64,000 bases of DNA. It comes from Ophelia neglecta (lineage: Eukaryota). The notes beneath the pieces are model-generated. The model was not told the DNA's origin, made no database searches, and saw only the letters and a program-made list of their open reading frames with translations. The position numbers were made by a program, and so were the translations under genes. The stretch spans positions 124,372,001 to 124,436,000 of the forward strand of contig OZ260661.1 of assembly GCA_965285935.1 (NCBI GenBank), written 5' to 3'. Below are positions 1-13,917 of this stretch, piece after piece; position 1 is the first letter of the stretch, and the number at the start of each line of letters is the position of its first letter.

Positions 1-249
1 ACGGGTTTTTCTTAGATTCGCGAAATATAAAATGTTATCTAAAACAGACTGAAACCACAGGTCTAGGAAAAATGAAGGAAATGATGAAAAAATGACAAGA
101 AAATGTACAGCTTATCATGCATCATCATTTAAAAGAGTGATTTGTTTTTTATTGATGCACAGCTTACTGGAGTATTTATTTATCAGGAATGGGTGGCCAG
201 TGAAGGGAGAGCAGTTCAATGGATGGGAGTCTATGGAGGCCAGGTCGGA

Positions 250-500
250 CGAGACCTGTTGGACAGTTGTCATTCTGAAGCTCCAAGCGACCTCAAGCTT
301 GTAAACAATATATGCTACCCCCCGACCAAGCTCTTTGTGATATTCGATTCGAAGAACCGCTGAATCGAGATAAAGATTTTGCGTGTGTGTAAGATATCAG
401 CGCAACAAGAACATATTGTCATACATGTATAAGTAGTTGGCCAACCGAAAATAATATCTCGGGCACCATCACTTTTATCGAGACCTTACACATGGATATA
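250..500 (-). mobile_element. Possible degraded APE-type endonuclease fragment of a non-LTR retrotransposon
   Basis: Minus-strand translation gives ELGRGVAYIV, resembling the GGVAILh motif of LINE endonucleases. It lies downstream of an ORF1-like remnant on the same strand. Heavily frameshifted. Confidence 0.3.
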
Positions 501-1584
501 GAGACGATGTGTTAATTGCAGTTCATGCATCAAGGCACAATCTGAGGTCAAGCGTGCCATTTGAACCAGCGATGGGCGAGGCTGTCTTAACTCTCACATG
601 CTATTCATGCAGCAAACTTTGCAAGAGGCTGATAAAATTTTGTACAAGTTTAACAGTTCGTTGTACAACCAACGAAAACAGATCGTCGGATGCGGAAACT
701 GTAAAACGAAGATACAACATCTTTGATTTCCTCGGCTTTACAGTTAATGCATCATTCCGAATTGTTTTTGCTATTTTTTTTCAAATAACCTGTTGAGTTC
801 AATATTATATTTTCATAGCTTCGTGTCGCGCGGCTCCCATGAAAAGCATATTATACACGGTATAACAGTCTTGCCCGATGCCGGTTTCAAGAGCACGTTT
901 GGTCTCCGACTTGGGATACATTAACTGATCGTCCCAATACACGTGATACATCCAACAGGTTAAAACTGATTTAAGGAAGATGTGGTTCATGGTTATTCTG
1001 ATATAAACATAATTCAAAACTGCTTTTCTTACGCACGATCAAATACCGATCTTTCATTTGCTGGTCATACCCGGATTCGGACTGCCTAGCTTGGGTTATT
1101 ATTATATAATCTAACTGACATTTATCATTAATACTGTTTGATTATTTTAAACCTGTGTCCATCTTCCCAATTTTCTTCAATGTTCTATTTTTATTTTTTT
1201 TATGTTTATACTTCACAAACTTTCCAATGGCAGTTATCTGCAGTTGTAATGAGATTAAATAATTTAATACTTCAGAGTTTATAGTGACTCTATTTTATTA
1301 TTATCAGCTTCTATTTTCTTTATTACAATATTGCCGTGGTATATAGGCCGATGGGAACAAGATAAATTGTATGCTGGTTTGTATAATAATTGTAGTTGTT
1401 GTATTATCTTGAATTATTTATACTATTTTCTTATTTTTGCTGATAAAATAATTTTTTTAATAACTGTTTCACCTCACTCTAATGTTTAACTTTTCTATAA
1501 CTTTTCGTTTTTGTACACCATGCATCTACTGACATCCAGAGGTTAAAATGATTCATTCATTCCTTTGCGTATAAATTCACTACT

Positions 1585-1830
1585 AATGACAAATACAGTC
1601 TCCAAGGAATGGCATAGGGCTATACACCGTGTGGCCGAAATCCTTTAGAAAGAATCTTTTCTGAGAAATTGTCCTCTACATTCAACATCACTGTCTGTCC
1701 ATCAGCCGAATTACTCTAAGACACCTTAACTTCGATTGCATCGAATTTATGCATTTCCTTCAGGTAGCTATGTATATCATCAGCCGGGATTGGGCCTACA
1801 ATATTTCCACCGTAAAATTTGACCAGGCCA
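1585..1830 (-). mobile_element. Degraded ORF1 (RRM-like C-terminal part) of a CR1/L2/Jockey-group LINE
   Basis: Minus frame reads KFYGGNIVGPIPADDIHSYLKEM...MLNVEDNFSEKILSKGFRPHGV*PYAIPWR, matching the FYVGN...DI..YL...FWPxGV..RxW pattern of these ORF1 proteins, with 2 stops. Confidence 0.55.
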
Positions 1831-2746
1831 ATATGATGTTTACAATACCTATATTTTAATACGCTTCACAGAGGGCAGGAAGCTTCCACAAAGAACAGAA
1901 TCTTTCACCTCTGCTGACTACCCGGCCTGAGGCGACCAGTGATGTATCCAATTCTTTTCATATAAGGCTTTCCATGCGAAAAGACTGGGTTTGAAATTGG
2001 AAACACCTTATATTCTAGAGGTTTTGAGTATGAAATGACGCTTTTCGCATCGGTGGAAGTGGCTGCTAGGCCCATGATCTCTCTACAGTATATAGACACA
2101 TTCAGAATATGGACAATAGACTTTGCAATACAAACTAACCCATCCCCTTAAGTATCTAGTTGGCATTCAACCAGAACAAGTATATAATAAATCAATTTCA
2201 GGTTGTTTGCACACGCCCTTCCGTATACATTATAGTTACGCCGCTCCATCTCTATAGTGGCCAAATGTGGGACTGCTGAAACTTTCTATATGGAGGCAAT
2301 GCACTCTTAATATATTTCTATCCTAGACCAGATCCGCACTTTTTAACTGTCGGGTTATAAAGGAAACAATATAACTTCGGCAGTTGTCTTAAGGGGACTT
2401 TTGAACTTGAAATTGCCTGGTTTTTATGATATAATTTGTTTTACGACTGAATCAAGACTGAGAAGGGCGTCTTCTGTATGGAGGCCCAAATGGGTTTTGT
2501 ATTGACTTCGTTTTATTATTTGGCGCTATGTCACTCCTTGTAATACTATATAAAAGTTCAGTTGAATGGAATCTACACAGGTCATTGCCACATCTTTCCG
2601 CGGTTAATTGACTTCAACAAAAATATCAAATCAATCAAAGTGCTTGTGATTGGAGCTGACAGGGGTTTGGCTAAGCTCTTGTTGAATTCTATCTAACTTT
2701 TTAATCAAATATATGACAAAATACCTATCATGAATACTCTGGTATC

Positions 2747-2966
2747 GGCTTTGTGTTAACGGCGAAAGCTGTTGCGAAAGCAGCAATGGTGACACAATAA
2801 TCTAAAATGTCAGTTATTTTATAACCCAACCCTAACCCAGACATCTCAATTTTGTTTTTGATATAAATGGGTAAGGGTAGGGTTATTATTGCGTTCATAT
2901 TAGCTCAATATAAGAGGCCATACGGCTTTCGCCGAAGCTTTCGCTTTCGCCGTTAACACAAAGCCC
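2747..2966. mobile_element. MITE (Harbinger-like ends) with internal inverted telomere-like repeats
   Basis: TIR ggctttgtgttaacggcgaaagc ... gctttcgccgttaacacaaagcc. Internal taacccaaccctaaccc (~2822) faces gggtaagggtagggtta (~2868). Confidence 0.8.
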
Positions 2967-4151
2967 TAGTATCAAAGGACCCTATGAGAGAGAGTAAGTA
3001 ATGAAGGTAAGTTTAGCATTGCCCGAATTGTCAAACATCAAGCTTGGCTACCTGTAAAATGCTCAGCTATATCAGCTGCCAGACATTTCAAGTTAAACAC
3101 GACTATATTCCAAAAGGAGCAGACCCATGCACAACCCGGATATACTAATAGTCAAATGTTCTGGTATTGTTCACAAAGTGTGCCTGCACACATCACGTGT
3201 ACCATCCACGTACACTCGGCGTCGTCCTTTCATGTGTTGTATTTTAGTTTTATATAATAAATAATACATCACAAATGTTATTTCGTTCCCCTACGCCATT
3301 CAAGCGTGGTACTGATATGATAATTACAAACAGACGGCTTGTTTTATGGCTATGTCAGGGATATTTTTATCATTCCTTTTTTCAACAACATTTATTTTTG
3401 GGACCGTATACGCATAATAAAAACCCTATATTGATCTTTTCTTCTTCAACCTGAAGTATAGTGCCAAACACTCTGTTCTACACATGCTTCAACCAGCGAA
3501 TTATGTTACGTCATGGATCGATGCATCTACCGGGAGTTGATGTGGGGTGGTCTTAGCGGGGGGGGGGGGGGGTACTGCATTTGAATTGAGGGAAGCGTGT
3601 ATGTAGGAAGACTTTGCTTAATATGTTAGAAGACACAAGAGGGTCACACAGTCATTTATAGGACTATTATTGCTGCTTCTGACCTGTTCTTTAAAAGTCA
3701 CTGAGTTGCTACAACCCTACAACCAGATAGCAATATTTTCTTTTCCTTTTTCGTATGAAAAAATCTCTTGTGCATGCTGATTGGAATTTTCATTTATGAC
3801 AAACTGTTTGAGACACAAATTTACCATTTTCAAAGGTGTTAGCAGTAAGACTTAATTAGTATGTTCAACATTTGCGACATAGCGTTTTGAAACTTCACTG
3901 GATTTTTGAAACTAAACACATAACGCGTTACTCAAAACGCTCGAAGTGTTGATATAAACATATTTTATTGCCAGTAACAAGCAATGGGTTTGACAACAAG
4001 TTATACAACTTAGAAATAGCCTCACCCTAGCATAAAAGAAAAATCTAAACATGGCAGTTATCATGCATAACCAAGTGTACATGAAAAAATAAATGGAAAA
4101 AGTGAAGTTAGAAAAAAAAAAGGAAAACATGCATAACACATTGACTAACAT

Positions 4152-4250
4152 TAGGCGAGTCTGGTTGGTCCGTCCAATCGGAGGCGGAAGCAGGCGACGA
4201 AAAACACAGAGAACATCGCTTATGGTCAGTTAAATCGACCGGACTCCTTA
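4152..4250. mobile_element. Possible short degenerate MITE
   Basis: Imperfect terminal inverted repeat taggcgagtctggttgg / tcgaccggactcctta. Confidence 0.3.
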
Positions 4251-4652
4251 ATAAAAAGTTGCACACATTTAAACACACGAGAACTTTGTAAAGTGTTTAA
4301 TGGAACTCGTTAACAATTTACTACACTGTAGTCGTGGAAAATTAACATCGAATTTTTCCATGTCAAAGCAAATGCAAGTCCTTGATTTCAGATCACGGAT
4401 AAATTTCAAATCCCATGTCACAATAAATTAAGCGTTAATTTCCCACATTTAGGTTAATAACTACCTATGTCGATCTTGAGGCTCGGGACCAACCAGCCAG
4501 ATCCGCCCCTCTCCGCATAAAAAAGACAGCCGTGTAGACAAATAAAAATGCAGGCTCTATTATATTGATTCGACATTTTGCCTACAGTTATGTCATCATA
4601 CCTTTTCACGTTGGTGAAAAAAATAGTAGTAGATGTGTATTAAACAGCTTAC

Positions 4653-5154
4653 CTAGCCAGGCCTTTACCTGTGTCAACACAACAGCCAGGGTCTTTCGAA
4701 CATTCACTGTATTAGCCAAAGTCGATCCGGGACCTGAGCCGATTATGGCATCACTTCCGTTTGAAACGAGTTTCTGTCCTTTCCAAAGTTTTTTATTGAA
4801 TATGTCTGTAAATGACTTTTTCCTGCTTTCACTCTCCTCCCGCACCAATGACGCACTATGTGTCTTCATAGTGTGCGTGGCCAGAACGTTTGCCTTCCTT
4901 GTGCACTTTTTAACATCCCAAGTTTGACAATCAAGTTTGCCGTTTGTGATGTTTTGTAGGTTGGCCGTCAGTATGTCCTTTTTCGACTCGGCATCGCTAC
5001 TTGGGGTGCAAGTTTGCGGCTTATTTTTTGTATCTTTTATATCTCTACTCGTGATTCCCCCTTGCAAATTGAAATAAGGGTAATTCAGCCCTATGATGCA
5101 CAGCGCGCAGATAAACGCCACTCCGTAGCAAAGCGCACGACTTGAACTTCTCAT
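4653..5154 (-). CDS. Coding exon 1 of type II membrane SAM-dependent methyltransferase-like protein (paralog A); exon 2 not found in window
   Basis: ATG at 5154, basic N-tail plus TM (ALCYGVAFICALCIIGL), then SFTDIFNKKLW...SGPGSTL...VRKTLAVVLTQVKA, clearly homologous to the 15202 gene. Phase-1 donor AG|GTAAGC at 4652 is at the same codon position as the paralog's intron. Confidence 0.85.
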
Positions 5155-5693
5155 GGTGAAAGAATGAGCCGTGCCGAACTATATCTAAGCAGGTTAACTT
5201 CATGGTTGGCGGCTGCGCAGTAAGGCTTCCCATGCAATGACGGATTCAGGGGGGGGGGGGGGGAGCCAAAAAGTGGGCTGGACCTGGGCCTATTTCTGGA
5301 CCCGGGCAAGGTGGTTTCAGAGGGTTGGTATCGGAAACAATCCAGACATTTGCCACCCCCCCCCCCCCAGCAACCCATTTCTGATATCCTGGACACAGGG
5401 GGTCGTATCGGCAAGTTTAATAAATATTTATATGGTAGCTAATTAATATCTAGAGCTATTGCAGACGAATGAACTACAACAGACGACTACAAATATAACA
5501 AGGGATACAACGATCTTCAGACAAATCGGCGAAAAATGGCTACCAATCGAAAAATACGCTGCGCGCGACTCGTTTCGACCTCATTCGATTCCGTGACTCC
5601 TTTATTTTCATTATCTTATACTTTTGTACCGTCTCGCGCGCTTTATCCACGAAGTGGGAGCACTTTGCGCCGAAAAACTTTAAAAGATTGGGT

Positions 5694-5822
5694 GACAAAA
5701 TGGCTGCCGCTGTTCCGCAGCAAATTTCTTGATCGCTCGTTATCAGGCTAGTACTACAATGCAGTTAACCAATCACGAGCGAGCAAGAAATCTTGCTGTG
5801 GACCTGCGGCAGCCATTTTGTC
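5694..5822. repeat. Palindromic (foldback) MITE-like element
   Basis: gacaaaatggctgccgc...gcggcagccattttgtc with about 50-bp imperfect arms. Confidence 0.75.
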
Positions 5823-5879
5823 TAGGTTTTAGTGAATTTATCTCCAGGTTGCAGGGAACTAAGTAAATCTCCTATCTCA

Positions 5880-6325
5880 TATATGTTAAATCGAGGATTT
5901 TCGACGACATTTTTCGTATTTTCACAACAATAATCTGCATATAGCGAATAGCTATGCCTAGAAGCCCATGTATTAGGGAAAAAATATAAAAAATTCAGCC
6001 TAGTAGATGTACACAAAAAAAATTTGCGAGAGGCTCGAGAAGAAAAAGTGGCCATTTTACTTGTTCTTGTCACATGTGGCAGCCATACCGCAAATGGACC
6101 CATAAATATTCACATGTGTTTTTCGCGATCCCACAATTCCAAAACAATACCATCCCCGGTCAAAAATTGTTTACTATTCCTAAGCATAGGCCTACTATCT
6201 TAATTTTACTATTAACACATGAACCAGGCAACCCGGATCTGTTTTCTGCCTTTTTTGGCCAATCACATGCCAGCTTGGCCAACTTTTTTATTGTCCTGAG
6301 AGCGCTGAAACACCTACCAGGTGGC
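5880..6325 (+). repeat. Dispersed repeat family, copy 1
   Basis: atgttaaatcgagg...cacaacaataatct...tattagggaaaa...gctcgagaagaaaaag...ttttggccaatcac is shared with 18900-19455 and partly with 19709-19930. Confidence 0.8.
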
Positions 6326-6499
6326 AACACTGCATGGAATTGAAACCGGTGGTTTTTTAAATATGAATTGTTCTTTGTTGTTGGGACTGGTTCCTTACCA
6401 CCTTAATCATCTTTACTGGGTGTGGTGTTTACCTATTGTCACTCCTGATGTCCCTTCACTCGCTTTGTGAGAGGTACGGGCCGGTTTCCTCAGTTTTAA

Positions 6500-6830
6500 A
6501 TTATTGTCACTATCTGCTTCGTTCCTCATAACAGAAAGCTTGTCTAAATTAACAATCCGTTGATTGTCCAAAGTCTAAATGTACAGGCTACAGGCTCATA
6601 CTATGTTACTCCTCTGATAGTTCTTGGGACGTCATTACCCTTCGACTTCTTTAGGCCAACTGTGTCTCTCGTTCCCATCCCACGCTCAAAAACTATCTAC
6701 TCTACATTCTTTTCTCCATACGTAATGTGCCTATGCCCACAGGATGGACTTGTCTGACCAATAGAGTTCTTTAATTTCGGCTTTAATAGAAACGTTCTAG
6801 AATTTGCCTAGTAGTACTTCATACCTTTCA
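6500..6830 (-). mobile_element. Degraded reverse-transcriptase fragment, RTE-like LINE
   Basis: Minus-strand FERGMGTRDTV (compare FRxGxGTRDAI) followed by IVNLDKLSV (compare FVDLEKAFDSV); frameshifted. Confidence 0.45.
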
Positions 6831-9138
6831 TTATTTGTTTCCTACTACTCCGAAATCAAGGATAACCGAGCGTAAGTTTTCCTAGGCCTTGATATATTAA
6901 CCTGAATCGTCTGCTACATTTTGCGAACCGGAAAAATACTCTCCCCTACAGCCAAATATTAAATTTCCCCCGGTAACAGAATATCGTTATTTAGTTCACT
7001 GCAACCTTCAAACATGTCCAGTACGTATGTTGCATACTACAAAATAGTTGACATGTTTGGTGATTATTATATAATTTACTTATAATAGTGCTCATTAAGA
7101 TTATTTATTCAGGAATATGTGACAACAAACAGGGAATCTGACAACATGTATGGCAGGTGCTGTTATCACAAGGCAGGCAGGGTGTGTGGGTTCAGGTCGC
7201 AGCGTGGGCAAAAAGCAAAAAGAAATAATTTAGTGAAATAATGTCAGAACTAAAAGGAGCAGATTGTTTCCAAAATTGTTGATAAATGTCTATACTACAT
7301 GTCAATTTTAAGCAAATCACAATAGCAATACCATGCATGCATTAAACAGCATTTTACAGGCATTGGCTTCATTCCCGGCTATGTAATTCCAACCATGAAG
7401 CTGACTGCTGACAAGTACCTGGCGTGGGTGCAGATGTACAAATCGTCCGGAGCTGCTGGTATTGGGGACTACCACTGCATTCCCGGGTATGCATTGAAAC
7501 GTCATATAATTTAGAGCATAAAAAAAGTGCAAACTAAAGCACATAACACTAACACTTTATATAATATCAGCATTTTAAGTATGATACCTCATTTTCCCCA
7601 TGATACCGGCCTAGATACAAACATTTTACCTTGATACGAACTTTCCTAATACTAAATATATAATTTAGTGAATTTCAGAGTGAGTGGTATGCCGTAAGCA
7701 TATTGCTGCTTTGTTATACTTCATCACCAATGAGGCCTCAAAGGGGAAAAATGATGCCTGTACAAGTGTTCGCTAAATATAGCATAAACCGGCACTGAAA
7801 GATCTGAAAACGTCTGCCATGATTTCTGATGTAAGATATAAGACACCTAAAGCTTCGAGGTGTGCCCATAGTATGTGTATGTTAATTCGACGGTTATACA
7901 TGTGGGTGTGAGCCCGTCCGGCAGTGGAGGTTCCATCAGTGATACTATTAGACTTTTCACTAAATATACCCTTCAGGATCCGCTCAGTGTCTTTTTTGGA
8001 CAGTGGCCAGTTCCCTGCAATTCAAACTGGAATAAATATTGTTAAAGTAACGTTAAATGTTAAAGAGCATGAATGCGAGAATACACTGAATTTTATCCAG
8101 AAGACAATATACATTATCGCGCCCAGGCGTGCTACGGATGGACCCTAACTTTCAATCTCTTTGGGGTGACTGCAGCATCTTCAAAAGCACGATACAGTAC
8201 ATTGGCGTGCACTTTATGTGTATGCGTTGCTACTAGCCGTACCTAGCGACATTCGTGGTCGGTGACATCTCTGTGACTCTGACTTAGATGATATTCTAGT
8301 CCATTTCTTATGTAGCTGCGCAGCCTATTCGACGGAGCGAGGAACTTTTTGCTCTTTAGCAATCTATGACAAGTAGATGTTGAACGGTAACTTATGATTT
8401 ACAGCGACATAGAGCTTACCTTCCTATAATGATACCAAATGAAGTATAAGACCGTTGTGAATTTGCAATCGAATGTTTCTTGGCATGGCACGTGTTTGAA
8501 CTACATTTAATATGGAACTGTGAACACTGTAAACTACAATTATGGTCATTTTACGATAATCAAGAATCAGTTAATCGTCCTCTGGATGCCATATATACTA
8601 TGAGATTGCAGGTGATTTTCTATTCAAGAAATTTAAGTTTCGATTTTATACCAGCGGCATAAAGGCTGGAGACTAGTTGTGCGAAAAAAACTACTCGAAA
8701 CATCAAATATGTAATCTATGCGTGTGTGACGCGCTCACATGGTGAACGCTGATTTGCCCTGAAAGGAAATGACGCTTGGCCTGCTTTCGGCGAAGACGTC
8801 ACCACCAGAAGGCAGCGGCACCAAGGGACAGAGTGCTCTGGCAAAACGCGTCAATTGCCATCGGGTTTAAATAGGTCAAACGTCATACATAGCAAACCAC
8901 TTAGATCATGTCACCCGTTAGCTACAGTTTGCAGCACCAACGGCAAACAAAAGTAACTACCAGTATAGTTGCCTTGGAGCTGCAGCACGAACCCCAATAT
9001 TTATGTACTGAGATATTATTTCATGAATTAGTTTTCCCCGGCAAATAAATGTTATTTTCAAATACATTAACCTTTGTTTTGTCTGTTCGTGTGTTTGGTT
9101 CTACCAAATAGGTGTTGAATGCTCTAAAAATCCAACCT

Positions 9139-11330
9139 TAGACGACCAGTATTTGCCGTCTGCTCGTAATCTCGTGGCAGCCATGATGATATCACATGAT
9201 TTTTTTTGTCACATGACTTACAAGGCTCGTACAACTCATGTGACCGAATCAAGACATTTCATTGGCTAAGCCTAAAAAAACGCGCCACACAATGGAGTGA
9301 TCGTATAGCATGTCAACTGCGGTAATATGAATTGTTCCCATTGTCACGAGCCTTTCACTACGACCAAGGCTGGCAAGGAATTGCGGATAGGGCTCGAGAG
9401 GAACCTCCCGCACCTGAAGACGCCAGGAGGCTCCAATAAAACAATCGAGAAGGCCATCAAGGAGCTAACGCTAGAGCCGCCTACTCATGTGCTTCTATTT
9501 ACATCTCACGCAAGGTCTCGCTAGCGGTCACATGACATTGGTCGACCACCATTTTGGTAGTCTGCTTCAAAACAACTGAAGTACTGAATAGCGTACATAA
9601 ACCCGGTTTTTTGTCAGAGTTCGACAAATTAATGGCGGTGATTTATCATTATTTGAAGAATAGCACCCAAGGATTTCAAAAATGTTCATATAAAGACGAC
9701 CCGACGCGTACAGGAGCGGAAATCTTTGGGTTACGGAATCGGGAAGAATAGCTCGGTAGGAAAATGTATAGGCTCGTATTGGAGCTCTAAGGGTGACAAC
9801 CGTACTATACACACCCATTAGAGATCCAATTTGGAGCTAGTCACCCGTAAGCCCTGGGAGCTTCGAGCGCTTAGCGATGAACAAAAAGAAGTTTATAACA
9901 GGAAGACATTGCTAAATCAGGAAATTTTCCATTAAATCGGATAGAATTCACCGAATCACAGGTCCACAAACACCAATTCCAAGCTCCTTAACTACTTATA
10001 GTGCTGGTACGGACTAAGCAATAAGCAATATACTTGTTTTGAAATCACTTGCAATGGGAAGAAATCAGCAGTTTTCATGATCTGACCCATAGCACAAATC
10101 GAACTTGTCAGTGCCTAACGTGGGAAAACAATGAAAAATCCCGAGAGGAGAGTCGCTGATGAAACAAGCCTTTTTATAAATGTGTGACAAAAGATTAATG
10201 TTCCTCGATAAACACTATACCATAGAAGGTCCTTGCATTCCACAGAGGGAAAAACAGAGGCCTATTATATCTCCATAATATTACAACAAATATGAACACG
10301 TAAAGCTTTTTGTAGCCGTACATGTGCAACAGCAACATACGAAGAACATGTTATATAAGTATGAAGCAAATGCAGATGTCCTTTGACCCTACCACTAGTG
10401 GAATTTTTTTCATAATCTAGTGTCCATAAGTCCCCAGCGCACCCAGGACATTCTGACACAGTAAATAGGGCCAGAATCCCTTTCGTGTGTATGGTAGACC
10501 ATGTCAAATCGCTTTCAAAGTCCCTTCAGTTTTTATACGAAGTGTTGCGAGAGAATTTAATGGGATGTATACCTCATAAAAGCTGTAAAAAAGCAGGTGG
10601 GAACTAGAAATTTAATGGACAACTTGGAAAATTGTCTTCAAAGGCTCAAAACAGAAACAAAACGTGTAGTCCGGAGAGTATGCGTAACGGCATGGTAGCG
10701 AACACATTGAAATAATAATACTGGGAATACATATATATAATGTTAGAAGGTGTTGAGGGGAACAGCTGCCCGTCAATTTGATGCATTAAGTTTTATTATA
10801 ATGTTTTTAGGTTTATTAAATGCGTCTGTTTTCACAAATATGTTAACACTCAGACCAAATGACTGCAAAAAATTAGTAGCAAACATGTGTACAAAGATTG
10901 GGAGACTAGATAGAGACTTGATTATGAATCACTTATTATTTATAAGTTCAGTTTTAACAAAAAAAAAAAGATAGAAACAAATCATTGTGGAGATATAGGC
11001 CTAGTCATATACCTGACGTTAGCACTTTTTATATTATGAACACATTATAGCCCAAACATTTGACAAAACTTCTATTTATTAGACTTTGGATTTGGCTGAT
11101 AAAATATCACAATACCACATGCTATTGGTTAGCTTTGATTCGAATCAAGCTATAATTCTGAAGAGTAAATGTTGGCATCTACTTGTGTTTGGAGTATGCA
11201 GTATTCTACACTCGTACACAATCCGGGTACACAATACGTGCTTATATTGCATGATATTACATAGTTCTGTAAAATTAAAGAATGGTAGAATTGGGAAACC
11301 CCCGGCAATCTCCCTCTCTGGTTGACTTAA
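9139..11330 (+). mobile_element. Putative decayed DNA-transposon-like element with a broken long ORF, family unassigned
   Basis: Cys-motif start MNCSHCHEPF at 9327, then fragmented frames to about 10970. Weak terminal inverted match tagacgaccag / ctggttgactta. Confidence 0.3.
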
Positions 11331-11884
11331 TTTTATTGACAAAATGATGAAGCAATTATTTCAAATGCCAGTATGCCAATAAAATGTGTCACAGGTGGTA
11401 CAATTTAATCAATACAATTACATCTTCTCTTTTTATTGATTGAATTAAACTAAATTGATGAAGATGTAGATTTCTAGCTTTGGATATTTAAATTGGGGTT
11501 AAACTTCATCTTAAAGAAACGTACACATTACTGGCAGCAAAGGGAAATTTATTTCTAAGAGTAACAACCTTAATTACATTTCCAAAAGTGCGCGCGCGCA
11601 ACTGACAGAATACTTGTGACATACATTATGTAGAATGAATGTGTTACAATGTGCCCCAATCGCAGACTAGCACGAACAAGAAAAAATACAATAACAAAGA
11701 TGTCTATAGATCCTATGACATAACACGACAAAAGTAATATTGCTTTCATACGGGAGAGGGGGGGGGGGGAGTCTGCCCTCCGGACATAAGTTGCCGATTT
11801 CCACAACGTGGACGCGATGCTGCTTGTAAAACTACTAACGAAAAGCCCGATACTACGCTCCACTATTAAGCTGGTACAGTGAGT

Positions 11885-12059
11885 ATAGGGAATAATAATG
11901 TGTACTACTTTAAACCCATTTTAACAATAAAATTACCAATTAAATAGATCAGTACACCACTGCGTTGTAATGTGGCAGGGAAAAGTCATATCCCATGGAT
12001 ATACCTTAAACCTAAGAGCGTAGTCCACTTAAAGTAGTACACATTGTTATTTCCTTTAT
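11885..12059. mobile_element. MITE
   Basis: About 30-bp TIR atagggaataataatgtgtactactttaa / ttaaagtagtacacattgttatttcctttat. Confidence 0.7.
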
Positions 12060-12459
12060 GCCACCACCAATAAATTTCCATCATGCATTCTTGAAATATG
12101 GGCAGTAATTTAAAACATTTGATATAAGTTACCCCAAAGATAATTTCACGTGCGTCAAATAACCCATCTCCTGTTTAAAAAATAATTTTTTAACTGTCGA
12201 ATTGTGTTTTATAATTGACATTAGGAAGCTATATGAGGCAATAATTCAATGACTTGAAGAAAAACCATAGGTCTCCATGGCACTTATTCTAAAAACTGAC
12301 TTACAATAATGAATGAATAGCCCAACCCATATGAAAGTTTACCCTAATTTACTATGGTTTATTTTGGTTTACCATGGTACATACCATAGTAAATTCTAAT
12401 TTACTATAGTAATATATTGTAAACCATGGTATTACAGTATAAAAACCATGGTATATCAT

Positions 12460-12860
12460 AATTGCAAGTCATATACCATGGTAAATTTGCACATGGAGAT
12501 AGTTTACTATGGTACATACCATAAAAAACCATGGTTTACCATAACTGCAAATTGTATACCATGGTAAATTTGTTATGGCAATACTTTACTATGGTAAATA
12601 TTGTGGTTTACCATAAGTGCAAATTGTATACCATGGTAAATTTGTTATGGCAATACTTTACTATGGTATATATTGTGGTTTATCATAAGTGCAAATTGTA
12701 TACCATGGTAAATTTGTTATGGCAATACTTTACTACATGGTAAATGTTGTGGTTTATCATAAGTGCAAATTGTACACCATGGTAAATTTGTTATGGCAAT
12801 ACTTTACTGTGGTAAATATTGTGGTTTATCATAACTGTACATTGTATACCATGGATTAGG
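12460..12860. repeat. 72-bp tandem repeat (about 5 copies), subterminal array of the EnSpm element
   Basis: The ccatgg anchor recurs at 12559, 12631, 12703, 12777 and 12849. Confidence 0.9.
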
Positions 12861-13629
12861 TATTTATGAGTCGACAATATATTACTATGGATTACTATGG
12901 TACATATTTAATAAACCATGCTTTACCATAATTGTACATGTGTACACTGTGGTAACTAGGTTATGACAATGGCTTAAGTACAGTACCTGTTACAATAGTA
13001 GACTATCATACACCACAATGCCATGCTGCAAGCCATGGCAATGTTAATTGTTTACTATTATACTGCAACATGTAACGAGGCTGGCCTTTAATTAGTAGAT
13101 ATTTTTGTTTATTGGATAAATTCTCACAGTGAAAGGCAAAGTTACCTTGTAGGCCTATGGCTATTTTATAATTTTATGACATTTTATGCTAAGCAATACA
13201 GGACACAGCAAATATAAATAATAAATTTTATTCTGGCATTGATTCCACATTATAATTGGTCAATATCAACTTATTTATTGCCATGTGAACATTCTGGGTA
13301 GCTGTATTTATATCTGTAGTATACATTCATGTTATTAAGCAGAGTACACTGAAATTAGTCTAGTTTACATTTTCATAAAATTGGTAACTGAGAATTACTT
13401 TCATGCTTCATTAGGCATTAAGTTTCTAACAGTTCCACTGGCTGTAGCCAATCAAAGTTGGAAGTTACATCTAGATGTAGTTGTAAAACTATCTCTGGTT
13501 ATAAATGCGCAAATATGTGCTACAGTCCTCACAACTTTAAAGTTTTAAACATTTATTAGACCAAGACTGCAAAATGTAAGGTGCTTACAGCAGTAAAACT
13601 TTCAAGCATTCAACAATATTTAAAATCAT

Positions 13630-13917
13630 TTAATCAAGTTCGAACTGTGGTACTTTGATAACTTGACAAAAACCATCCTGCTGTAAAAGCAGACACTTTC
13701 CCTTGATATGTTTGTATGTGCACACACTCAATTCATTAGTTTGCTGCACCTGTACCAAAATGTTGGATACATTAAAATCTACATCAGCATCATAAACAAC
13801 CTGCTGATTTCTCAGTTTTGTTAATTTCTTGAAATATATAAGGAGCTCAGAACAGGAACACACAGTTGCACAGTCACATTCACTTGGAACAACCACAAAA
13901 GATGAAATGACCCCATA
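13630..13917 (-). pseudogene. C-terminal fragment of EnSpm-type transposase
   Basis: YGVISSFVV...IKGKCLLLQQDGFCQVIKVPQFELD* matches the YGxI...IxxKC...PxxExD end of animal EnSpm transposases; 5' truncated. Confidence 0.65.

Noticed and set aside
4565-4927. Antisense ORFs overlapping the methyltransferase exons (also 15381-15680, 17061-17363)
   Set aside because: Shadows of real coding exons on the opposite strand.
10038-10085. About 45-nt gapped similarity to 21383-21426
   Set aside because: Short, does not extend and has no protein-level support; may be chance.
12531-12743. Repetitive 70-aa ORF; CRISPR-like periodicity
   Set aside because: Translation of a 72-bp tandem repeat with no unique spacers, in eukaryotic context.
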